Positions 1 to 13,211 of a stretch of 64,000 nt of DNA are shown here, piece after piece. The stretch lies in NCBI RefSeq assembly GCF_001194135.2, contig NC_069001.1, positions 8,400,621 to 8,464,620 of the forward strand, in the 5' to 3' direction. The stretch comes from Octopus bimaculoides. Lineage: Eukaryota. The stretch's first letter is position 1. The number at the start of each line of letters is the position of its first letter. Under the pieces are notes generated by a model, which worked only from the letters and a program-made list of their open reading frames with translations, was not told the origin of the DNA and did no database searches. The translations under genes were made by a program, and so were the position numbers.

Positions 1-654
1 ATGTGTGTGTGTGTGAGGGATTGTTGTGTGTATGTGCTTGTTTTATTTTAACCATGATATATTTGAACCCACACTTGTGTAATCGAAAAATGTTGAACAG
101 ATACATAAGTTGATGTGACCCTATGGTGGACGTGCAGTAGATAGTGATAGCAGGACGTTTGTAGTGTGGCTTTACCAACAAGATGTTTGTGCCACTTGAT
201 ATCAAAAGACTATATTATCTCAGAATAATGTTTTGAGACAGAAAGAATGGAAACTTTTTTTTAATTGCTTGTTGGAAATCTGAGATATGTCTAGGAGTCA
301 AGACGGAATGGTTAGAAAAGAATGAACTAAGAACAGTTACAGTGGATTGTAATCATATCTCGATCCAGGAATCAAACTCATTACCTCATGATTGTGAGCC
401 CGACGCTCTAACCACCGAGCCACGTGCCTTCACAAATATACAATATTAGTATTGTGATTATAGTGTATTGTAAAATATACAGCCAAAAGATTGGGTGTAT
501 ATATAATACTGTAAATACACACTTTGAATATATATTTAGTAATCTCATTACCAACAGCATATTTCAGGCATTTAAATTTAGACATTTTCCATTTTTTCAC
601 TGACAATAATTTTGTTCTATGCTTAAATATATCCATTCTTTTATTTCCTTTCAG

Positions 655-678
655 TGCCTCCAATACCTCCAAGAACTA
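655..678 (+). CDS. vav: vav microexon (24 nt), xPPIPPRT
   Basis: ttatttcctttcag|TGCCTCCAATACCTCCAAGAACTA|gtaagt; phase 1-1, in frame with the next exon. Confidence 0.75.
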
Positions 679-701
679 GTAAGTATCTTGTTTTGCCTTC
701 C

Positions 702-734
<33 letters not shown>

Positions 735-3700
735 ATACATATATATATATAATGTAATGTCCATGTGTATGTTTATGTCTATATACATGTATGTTGTTTG
801 TGTATACATGTTTGTATGCATATGTATACATGTATATATATATCTGCACATGTGTGTATTGTTGGTACTACACATTGCTATGGTTTCACTTGTACCAGAT
901 TCTTGGCAATATCATTTGTTAATTATTTTTGTTTTTGGCATCTTTAAATTTCATTTATAGCAGTGTGGGTTGAAAGCATGGTATTGATTATTTATTTGCT
1001 CTGTTAGAATGTCTAAGAGACTTTTGTAGACAAGTATCAGTTGTCTAAAAATGACCGATTCTATTACTGTGTACTCAATTTGCTGAACTGTTTTGCCTTT
1101 TACAGGTCATGTTCGCTCATTAGAAGAATATTTAGGAATCCCTGCACCTCCAAATGAACGGACCGCTTTAAAATTCCAAAGTGACACAGTTATTGAGCTT
1201 CTACAGAAATCAGATGAATGGTGTCGGGTAAGTATATTTGTTCATACCTGTGTCTGAGTGAGTAGAAATAACAGTGACAGTACCAATGTGTGAGTAGCTA
1301 TAGCATTGCTGATGTTACTGTTACATTAGCTGGTGTGGTTGTATCATGGCAGATGTGACTGAAAATGCACTCCTGGTGTGACTTCAACATTGCAGGTGGG
1401 AATGTAACATTGATAGGTCCATAATCACAGATGTATAGGGATTTATTCATTTTGACAGTTACGTTTTGAAGACAACCCACCTCTCTAGATGGTGTATACC
1501 TGCATCTGTGTGTTTGTGTATGTGTTTGAATATATGTATATGTGTGATTGTGTGTGTGTGTGTTGTCATTAATGAAATATTTATTCCATTCCAGGGTCGG
1601 TTACGTGGAGATGAAGGATGGTTTCCAGCTCGGTCAGTTTCAGATGTTTCAAGTCGGGTACGTATGTCTGTCTGTCTGTCTATATGTCTCTACATAATAC
1701 TGCAGGACGGTGGTTGTGATGGTGTAAATAGTTGCTGTTCTGTACTGGGTAAGAGTTGGACAGTATAGTTCACATTACTATATTCCTATGACCACAAGCA
1801 TGGCTGGATTGTTAAAAAGCTTGCCTTGCAATCGTGAAGAATGGGATTCAATTCCACTGTGTGGTGTCTTGAATAAATGTCTTCTACCATAACCTTGGAT
1901 TGAGTCCAGTCTTGTGGGTAAAATTAAGTAGATAGAAACCTTGTGGATGAACTGTATCTGATATTAAAATAATCCATCCTTGTTATTCTTAGTGACATAT
2001 TGGTTCTCTCTGAAAATTAAGTTAAAGGTGTGTATGTATGTGTGTGTGGATAACTTAACTCCTTTCATTAAAATACAAAGTGGATTGTACTTGTCTTCAA
2101 GAGCCAGCCTTGTCACTTTCTCAGTTATGCCACCTCCCCCAAGGGCAGCTTGGGGGAGGTGGGAATGAGTCGATTACATCGATCCCAGTGTTCAACTGGT
2201 ACTTATTTTATCGACCCCAAAAGGATGAAAGGCAGAATTTAAACTCAGAATGCAAAGACAGACAAAATGCCGCTAAGCATTTTGCCTGGTGTTCTAACAA
2301 TTCTGCCTGCTCGCCACCTTTAAATAATAATAATAATAGTTTCAAATGTGGGCACAAATCCAGCCATTTTAAGGAAGGGAGACATTGACCCCAGTGCTTG
2401 CCTGGTACTTACTTTATTGGTTGTGGAAAAGTTGACCTCAGTAGAATAAGCTAGGAAAAAAATACCATTAAGCATTTTGTCTAATGCTCAAATGGTTCTG
2501 CCAGTTCACTACCTCTGTAGTAGTTGTAGTCATAGTAGTGGCAGTAGTAGTAGTGAGGATGATAATAATGGTAATTTAAGATACATTTAATATCTTCAGA
2601 CTAAATTTTTCGGTGGAATGTAAACATGTAACTTCATTCTTCTGCTCACAGGGACGTATAGTAATCATTATATTTAAATGGAATAGCAATTGCTATTTAA
2701 GCCATGTAGCCTGACTACATTAAATTTATCTTACATTTTCTAATACATGTTGTTTGTACATGAATATTTGATAATAATGATAATGTGTTAATATTTATGA
2801 TCAACTTCTGCAACTAAATGACTCAGTTTCTCTAAGTGCAACTACTGTCGTATGCTGATGTTTTTCACAAGGGAAAGCTTTGGTAATGTTTCTGTTTCCA
2901 GTCTAGAACAGCATGTTATGAGAAAGCATTTCCACAGAAAGCAACAGAGAAAGCTCATCCTACAAAATTTCTCAATGGAATTAATCCCTCATCACAAGTG
3001 AAGAACTTAGCATCCTATCCTTGGTATGTATAACACACATGCATATGTGTGTGTGTGTGTTTGCCTCTAAACCTCTTGTATAAACCTTGTCTATCAATTC
3101 CTTTTTCAGGACCATCATCGAAAGACTTCATACACTGAACATAAGCTGAATGGCCACCATCATGCTATTACTAATACTACAGAGCATGGCAACAATCTAC
3201 CTAAGTTTGACACCTCTATGTTAACAAAATACCCTTGGTATGTACTCTCACTCCTCACACAATCACTGCAGGCTCACTAGAATATTTCAGTATTCCCATG
3301 AGAACATTTCGAACATACAGGCTAAAACTAGAATATTCTAACATTCCCCACTAGAATAGTTAAATATTTCCCAGTGCAGTATTCCATAATTTGTTATTAG
3401 GATATTTCAGCATTTTCCATGAGAATTTCCAATATTGCCCACTGGAAGATTACATTTCAACATTCTCCAATAAAATATTCCAACATAACATCTAGAATAT
3501 CTCAGTATTACAACAGTCCTATATTCCCTATTAGAATATTCCAATATTCTCACAAGCAGTATTCAACACTGCCCTCATCTTTAGAAACTCTTTAGATTTT
3601 ATTTTTAAAATGTTCAATTCAATTCAATTTGATCATAATTACAAAAATACAATTAATCAACTGGTGAGACTGTAACATCTGACATCTTGACTGTCTTTCC

Positions 3701-5863
3701 AAGAATTTCCATAGATATCTAAGCTATTTCTATTAACTAATTCCTTTAATAATATTCAAAGTCTCATAAACTCACCCAGCACAGCACTTTGTCACAATTC
3801 TTCTCTTTCTTCTTTACTTAGTACTTATTTTCTTGATTTCATAGCGGGTGGAAGACAAAATCAATGTGAACTCGAAAGGATGTGATGAAGATGGAATAAA
3901 ATAACACAGGTTATTTTTGTTTGGCAGATCTGTTCTTCTACATCTCACACCCCTGCACACACACTCGTATAGTGGACTTATGGTAGAAGACACTGACCCA
4001 GTGCCGTAGTTTTATATTTAGAGCAAAAGTTTGCTTTTGACTCAACTCATTTACAAAATATCTGTGTGGTGGTTCATATTCATCCATCTATATTTCACAA
4101 ATGACATCATGTTTTCTGTTATCTAACTGCAACAAAATGGCTTGTAATTTTAAAATAAATTTCTCCAGTGACATATTCACACTTCCATCAATCACTGTAG
4201 AGTTATTTTGGGGAATTGTAAATGTCTGTACACTGTTATCATATTTACATTTTGTAAGTATATTTTTCTCAATAAAATGAGATATATTGAACACTTTCAC
4301 TATACATCTCTGTAGGACTAGATTTTTTTATACAGTAAGATAGAAAAGCGGAGGTTTTGATTTACTACATTGGACAAATCCAGTGCTATGTTGAGGCCCT
4401 CATTCCTCTTTTGATAAAGCTGATACCTCAGAATTACTCTTTTCAAAAGCGGAATATATTGGTTTGCTGAAAGGAAGACAAAAAACTTCATTAGAGATGT
4501 TTAGTAATGACACCTGATAAATCGGTAGGGAGAGAGAGAAGGGAAAATGGGTGGTGGGTGGGCAGAATAGTGAAGAACAAAGGTACAAAGGTGGGGCATA
4601 TTGTAGTACATTAATCTTATTCATGACCATGATTGTTGTTGCAATAAATTGTTTTGTAACTGGGATTATCACTACACAAATATTTTCTATAAACATGGCT
4701 CTCATCACAGTAATTGCTTCCATAACCTCTTCTATTACTATAACTATCACAAGTGTATCCTCTTCTATAACCATTGCTATCACTACATTAATCACTAAAA
4801 TAACTTATAACAGTTACTATCACTGCAACAACCTCTTCTGTAGCCCTGGTCTATCTTTACAATATCTTCTTTAACCATAACTATCCACTTCATTAACCTC
4901 TTTGGTAATGATGGTTTTCACTTCAGTAACATGTTCTGTAACCTGGGCTATTAACTATATTAACTTCTTTAACCATGATTATCACTAAATTAACATCTAT
5001 AATCATGGCTATTGCTATTTTAAATTCTTCTATAACAAAGCTATCACTACATCAGCCTTGTCTATAACTGTGCTTATCATTTTCTAACTTCTTCAGTAAC
5101 CATGACTATCATTGCAGTTAAATCTTCTATAACCATCACTATCGCTAAAGTAACCTTTTCAACATCAATTGCTATTAATATATTAACACTTCTCTGATAG
5201 TGACTATCCATATATCCATCCGTAACTGTGCGTATCAGTTCAACTTCCCTCACCTTCAGAAACCATAGCTACCAGTTCCTCAAACTTCACTTCAATCAAC
5301 TTTATTCAGACGTATAACCTTCCTACTAGTTGTTACCTTCCAGTGACCCTGCAACCCTTGTGTTCCTTTCTATTTCACTTCTGATTCTCACTTAACCTCC
5401 AACTTCATCTTCTTTTTCCTGTTACACCGTACTATTGTTGTTTTTGATGTTGTTGTTGTTGTTGTTATTAAGTACCATCAATTAGCAGAATCAGTGGAGC
5501 GATAGACAAAATGCTTTTGTGTTAGATCTCTTTACATTTATTTTGAGTTTAAATCCCATTGAGATCAGCTTGCCCATGATTGGAAATTTATCTACTGATT
5601 GGAAATGTATCATTCCAGTGATAATATAATTTCTAACATGGACACAGAGTTAGAAATTTGGAGGTGAGGTGGTCTTGTCAATTTTATCAACTATGCTACT
5701 TTTGTTTTAGCTACCCTAGAGGAATGAGATGCGAAGTTGACTCTGGTTGGATTTGAACCAAGAATCTAAAGAGCCATAACCAATATATCACAAGACATTT
5801 TGTCAATGATCTAACAATACTACCAATCCACTACTATAGTAATGGTGATAATAATAATTGCTG

Positions 5864-5900
<37 letters not shown>

Positions 5901-5910
5901 NNNNNNNNNN

Positions 5911-5947
<37 letters not shown>

Positions 5948-8250
5948 GTGTGTGTGTATCATTATTATTATTATTATTATTATTAAGGCAGTTAACTGGC
6001 AGAATCGTTAGCATGCTGGCCGAAATACTTAGCGGCATTTTGTCTGTTGCTATGTTCTGGGTTTAAATTCCACTGAGGTCGACTTTGCCTTTCATCTTTT
6101 CAGGGTCGATAAAGTAAGTACCAGTTGAACACTGGGGTTGATGAAACTGACTCATCCTCTCCTCCGAAATTGCTGCCCTTGTGGCAAAATTTGGAACCAT
6201 TATTATTATTGTTATTATTGAGTTGTAGTAGTAGTATGTGAATGGCATGGCAGAAACTGTAACGAAGTTTGTACTAATGGCTCATTTTACAGAATTTAGT
6301 GATGTTCCTTTTTCATTTGGAGATCCAAGCCACCAAAATCACCTTTTTATTCTTCTGGGTTCGATAAAAATACCAATCAAGTGTTAGTGTTTGGTGCTAA
6401 TTTAATTGACTAATCCAGCTGTAAATTTGTTAACTTGTGCCTATGTTATGAATTTATTATTATATGTAGTATAGTAGTAGTAGTATTTGTATAAGTAGTA
6501 AAATGGCATGGCAGATGTTTAGTACTAATGCATATTTGCAAATGATTCTGTTCAAATGAAGCTAAACTCCATGCTGCTGCTCCTGCTACTGTAGAACTGA
6601 ACTAATAATACTAGCAAAGGACTTCTCTTCAGTCCGTGCTAGTGTCTTCCCATCTTTGATGATCATTACCATCACCCTTGTTGACATAGCCATCATCATC
6701 ATTGTCATCGCCATCATTTGTCATCATCAAGTTTATTGTTTGTTGCTTACTATAAACAGCTGCTGGAAATCACAGTTGTGCGCAGCTGGTAGACTTTGTC
6801 TAGCATCCAAAATGGCTGATGTTCCGAGGAAGAAGATTTGGGGCAAAGTGGGTAATTTCAAGTAAAAGAGGTTGGATACAACGAGGTGGTAAAAGGTAGA
6901 GGTGAGTGAGTTGGGAGGATGTGCCAGTGTGGAAGAGGTATGAGATCAGCCAGTTTTGTGAAGTAGAAGCCACTATAGCAGTGATAGAAAAGATGGAGAA
7001 GAGACAGTCTGCCCGTAGATCAGAGGTTAGAGTGTGTCCATTGCTGATGGAATGCCAAACAGCTGCATAGCCCTTCTCTCGATGTAGTCTGGGATGTGTG
7101 TAGCAGCTGCACTATCCCACATTTGTAGCAGCTGCTCTATTCCATTATAGGCCTCACTTGAGCCCCGTAGAAGTTCAGCTGTTGTTTGGGGCTGAAATAC
7201 CTTCTGATCCTGAAGAGAAGTGCTAGTCTTTGAGATGTGATCTTGGCTATGTTAGGGATGTGTTTTTGCCAGGAGAGATCCTTGGTGATAGTGGGGACCA
7301 TCATCTGGAGTAACTGTCAGGGTTCCAACCGAGAGCCACTCTTATTTAGTGGGATAGGGGTGCAGTGGTGTTTGAGATGAGGTTGGCATAGCCTCACTGG
7401 AGGATGCTCTCATGGTCTCTGCTTATGGAATCAGTGCAGTCTGGCAATTGAAGTCTAGGCTGTGTATAGATGATACTTGGTTAGGGAAAGATAAGGAGGA
7501 ATGAAGGGTGATGTATTTTGTACATATATACTTACATACATGAATGTGCTTTTTGTATATATATGTATGTGTATACATATGTGTGTATATGTGTGTTATA
7601 TAGACACACACACACATCAGAAAAAGGGATGATAAAGGAATAAATGATTATCTTAATGAACTTCATTAGCTTACAGCCGTTTCTGTTATGAGATGTAGGG
7701 GACTCATAGCTGAGTACTTGAATAACATCCTATAGCTTCATCAGAGCCTCAAATATGAAGTGCAATCTATATTGGAAAAACGAATTACATTTATCCTCAA
7801 ATAAACTGCCTTTCATATATGAGGCTCTGATGAAACTATAAGATGTTATTCAGGAAGGGTTGTGGGGGTAGAGTCCTCAGGTACCTCTTTCCAGAAGCAA
7901 CTGTCATTAGACTTTCCAGTTGGATTCCCAAGTGTGACTGACTGAGACTATGGCTATTATCGAACCACCTCATTCTCGGGCTACCCCTTACGTCTCCCGC
8001 TGGTTTGGCTTGGCTTGAAGAATCCATTTTGCAATTCTTTCCTGCTACAGCTGCAGGCCGACCTATTCTTTATGTGTGAATTTGATGGATGGAAACTGCA
8101 AGAAGCCTGTTGAGTGTGTGCATGCATGAATATTGATATTCCATGCTTGTTGCCATGTGAGTGAAACGACAAAGATTTTGACAGTTTTTGTTGATATTAT
8201 GACTGGTTGTTTTGTGTTTCCAAAGACCTGAAATAGAAAATCATATACTC

Positions 8251-8288
<38 letters not shown>

Positions 8289-8711
8289 GACAGGTAAATG
8301 TTGGTAACAGGAAGAATGACTTGCTGTAAAAATTCTGCTTCAAATAAGTACCCCTCTAACCCATGCTGGCATGAAAAATATAGACTTTAAGCAAATGAAT
8401 GATTAGAGTCATGTTTTTCTAGCAGGTGACTACCTCTGAGACCATGCTTTGAAACTGAAGTAATTACATTATGAAAAACTAGTCTAGTCATAGAATCTTA
8501 ATTCATTTCATGGGGTGCAGGAATTTTCTTCATACAGCTGCAACCTGGTTCTTGAGTTGCCATGGAAGTCTGTCAGTGGCTATGTCTTTTACATGTGTGT
8601 GTATGCATTTATATATACACACACAGAGATTGCACATACTTACATACATACATAAATATATATATATATCTATATATGTGTGAGTGTATGTTTAAGTACA
8701 TATAAATACGA

Positions 8712-8752
<41 letters not shown>

Positions 8753-10825
8753 TTGTTTAATCCCTTGCCACTCTGATACCACAGACTTGTGAATAAAGGT
8801 GATTGGTTTGTGACCATGTTGTCTCTTATTGGAAGGGAATTTGGCTGCTATTTCTGTTTGTTCAAGCACCACATTGAGGCTTTCTAGTTGTCTCAGGGTC
8901 AATGTTTATGTTACTATGTTAACTGAAATTGTAACTGTTTACTCACTTTAGTCTCCCCTAACTCCTCCTTCATCCAGGTATGTAGGACCAATGGAACGTG
9001 ACTGTGCCACCAAGAAGCTAGAAGGTCATGCCAGTGGCACATACATGATTAGAGAGAGTCAGAACCCAACACGAGCAGGAGAGTTATCTCTTAGTATATG
9101 GTAAGTACTGAAGTTGTTGTTAAGCTGTGGTTTAGTCATATGTGTGTGTGTGTACGTGTGTGTATTTTGTGACTCTCACTTTATAAGTAAATACTGTCCC
9201 GAGTCCTAGGACTCGTAGGGATGGTTACTGAGTTTCCTTGATGTATAAGTGATCGAGAGCCCTGCATTACTCCTGAACAGGAAGGATGGTAGGCAGTTTC
9301 AGAATTACCAATTTACAGTGTGTGAACTGGAGCAACATGAAATGAAGTGTTTTGCTCAAGAATACAATGTATTACTCAGTTTGGGAACCAAAACTGTGAG
9401 CTTGCTATCATGCATGCAACGTCCTAATGTGTAGGCCGTGTTCTTTCACATCCTCACTATATGGTGTATGTGTCATTCTTGTTAGGCTATGGGCTGATGT
9501 TATGTATCATCATGTTACTCAGAACAGCGTGCATTGTTGTTGACTAATGGGGGATGTTTATGTAGTAACCTCCCTCAGAATGCTGTTTTGTTGTTGTTGG
9601 CTATCAATTGATGATGTGCTTATGTGATGGTGTCACTCTGTATACACAGTTTATTGTTGTTTTTTTGTTAGGCTATAGGTTGGTGATGGGTATGTGTGAT
9701 GTTGTCACTTACTGTATATTTCGATAGTATGTATTATTGCTGTTGTTGTTGCTGCACCATGACCTGATCATGTGTATAAGGCTATCATTCAATGCATAGT
9801 ATTGTATTGTCATTGCTGTTAAATTATAGGGGTTGTATCTGTATATTTGTGTATGTTTTACTTATGAAGCTATAAGTTGGAGGAAATGTTTGTGTGTGTG
9901 CGCGAGAAAGGAAGTGTGTGTGGATGTGTGTTACATATCTGTTACATGTTAATGTGTGTAAAAAAATGCATGAGTTAATTTGTAATTGGAGATTGAGCTT
10001 GTGCCTATGTGAGTGTATTGCCATGGCAATACACATCCATTTGGTGTGTTGACAAGAACAGCATGCCATGTGATAATGATGTCACAGTTACACAGCACTC
10101 GTGTATATTTTGTTCTGACAACATCATACACATGTTGTGTGTTAGGGCAACACAGCTATGCAATGTGCTGTTCTAACAACACCTAGTCATTTGATGTGCT
10201 GTCATCACTACAGCCACAACTGCTATGTCCTGGCAATACAGTCATGTATGTTATCAGGAGAACACAGATGTGTGGTCACTTCCTTTTAACAACAGTGCAT
10301 GCCTGTTCTGATGACAATACAATGTGTGTTTGTACGTGAGTGTTATCATGCTAACACTTTAATATTCATCTTTTTTTGTCCTTATAGTTTTGACAGTACA
10401 GTTCGTCATATAAAAGTGAATAAAACGTCAGATGGAGATTTTTTCTTGGCCGACATCAAATTTTTCCACTCACTCCCAGTAAGTATGGCCATTTGCTCCT
10501 CTCTTTATTTTTCTCAATTTTTTTCTTTTCANNNNNNNNNNNNNNNNNNNNNNNNNNNNNNNNNNNNNNNNNNNNNNNNNNNNNNNNNNNNNNNNNNNNN
10601 NNNNNNNNNNNNNNNNNNNNNNNNNNNNNNNNNNNNNNNNNNNNNNNNNNNNNNNNNNNNNNNNNNNNNNNNNNNNNNNNNNNNNNNNNNNNNNNNNNNN
10701 NNNNNNNNNNNNNNNNNNNNNNNNNNNNNNNNNNNNNNNNNNNNNNNNNNNNNNNNNNNNNNNNNNNNNNNNNNNNNNNNNNNNNNNNNNNNNNNNNNNN
10801 NNNNNNNNNNNNNNNNNNNNNNNNN

Positions 10826-10858
<33 letters not shown>

Positions 10859-13131
10859 GTATGTGTGTGTGTTTGTGTGTCTGTGTTTGTCCCCTTAGCA
10901 TTGCTTGACAACCGATGCTGGTGTGCTTATGTCCCTGTCACTTAGCGGTTTGGCAAAAGATACTGACAGAATAAGTACTAGGCTTACAAAGAATAAGTCC
11001 TGGAGGACAAACACATATGCATATATACATAAACACACACACACAGTCTCCCCTTTTCTCTATTTCTTTCTCTCTCTCTCTCTCACACACATCTTCTGTT
11101 TCGGTGTGCCAAATTCACTCACAAGGCATTGGTTGGCCCAGGGCTATTGATGTCACTTGTCCAAGGTGCCATGCATGGGGACTGAACCCTGCTTTACCTT
11201 CCTGACTGCAAGTGTCATCATCATCAGTAATTTTATTAATATAGGCCATGGCTAATGGGAAATATTGTTTTGTATATACTAATTTGATCATCAGAAGTAA
11301 TAAAGGACAGAGAGTTGTGGGAGACCTGTGAAGATGAGTTACCAGAGCTAAGTTATTGTAGGCCCTGGGCCAGTTGATGTAAGGAGACACTAAAAGGTGA
11401 GATATTGTTTTACTGAGGGTGAGGAATTAGTAGTGGTAATTCTTTGTTTCTGTATTATGATTAATATATTATTATTGCTGAATCAGATTATGCTTAACCA
11501 GTTGTACATGTGCCAGGGTTTATAATCCGGATTAAATGTTTCTGTTCATTTAGGAACTTGTTGAGTGGTATCAAGAAAATTCCTTGGTTCACAGTTTTCC
11601 TGAGTTGAAGACACAACTAAAGATCCCCTTCAAAGAAAGCACAACAGGTTGGTAGTGACGAGACTTGTTACATGAAGTGGTGGTGTTTATCTCATTGTCA
11701 GCCCCAATTGAGCAGATCTATATGGTGAAAGGCATTCCAACCTTGACCATCCCATCTTTTTGTATATTTCTGATTAAATTTTTCCAGTGTGTTTTTTCCT
11801 CACTAAAGAAAATAGAAGAGTAGAGTGTGATGTGAGGAAGATCTGGGTGTTATATCTAATCACTCACATGACCATGTAGAGCAGTCATGGGCAAATCTGC
11901 AGGACTTTCTGAATGGCATACCCAACGAAAAAATGGTTTCATATTTTAGCACAAGGCCAGCAATTTTGGGGAGGGGGTGAGTCAATTGCATCGACCCCAG
12001 TGTTAAACTGGTACTTATTTTATCTACCTCCAAAAGTATAAAAGACAAAGTTGACCTTGGTGCAATTTGAATTCAGAATATAAGAATGGATGAAATGCCA
12101 CTAACCATTTTGCTTGGCATGCTAAAGGTTCTGCCAGCTCACCACCTCACATCTAACAAAAAATTACTTTGAGTATTTTTAGTATTGCAGCCTGTCTGAT
12201 GATGAGCCGGCTCTCTCATGCTGCCTGCTTCTCAAAAAGGTTTGCCCATGCCTTGATTTAGAGGTAGCCTTGTTGGTTCAAAGTTACTAGGAGTCATTAT
12301 GTGTGACAGTCTGATGCAGCTGTAGTGCACCACCCCATTGCTACATGTAAAGTTCTGTAGAAGAATGCAGTGGGCACATAGTGTACTCAGTGCACTGCGT
12401 GTTGACTCATGCAGACGCCTCATTACTGCATGTAACTTTTGTAATTTACAGTGCTATATGCAGTACAATTTGGTGTCTATAAACATCTGGATATAATGTC
12501 ATGTAAATACTACTGAGTAACTAATATGCATACATTGTCTGTGTACTTGTAGCTCTATGCTGATCTACATTTATCAACATTATCATGTATAATGTCTAGA
12601 TGGTGTTTACATAATGTGGTCGACATTGTAGAAAGAATCAACAAGGAGAATCTTTTCATAGAGAAATTCCAACCATTTCTTAACACACATACCCCTCAGT
12701 GACCTTATTTCTCTAGGAACAGACATAAACTTCTTGTTGAAAAAGAGTTCATAACTCCAACTAAAAATATTTGTCTCCCCTTACACACACTTCCTGTTTT
12801 GACACCACACTTCCTGCTTAACACAAACTTTTAACCCTTTCTTTAAACCTAACACAACTCTCAATTCTCATGCATCCTTATTTTTCCAACCATTATATAC
12901 ATGAACTACCATTGAACTTCAAAAGCTCAAAGACAATATAATGTATTGGTATAGTTATTTTTTTATATATTATTTTCTTCATTTTGTACTTCTTTGTAAA
13001 AATCATTTTCATTCTCCTTCTTGAAAATTTGCTTCGCAATGAAAGCCGGTTAGAAATCTTTATTAAAATATGCTTCCAATTTAGCATTCTGCCTTATTCT
13101 TCATTTTCCTATATATATATATATCTATCTA

Positions 13132-13211
<80 letters not shown>

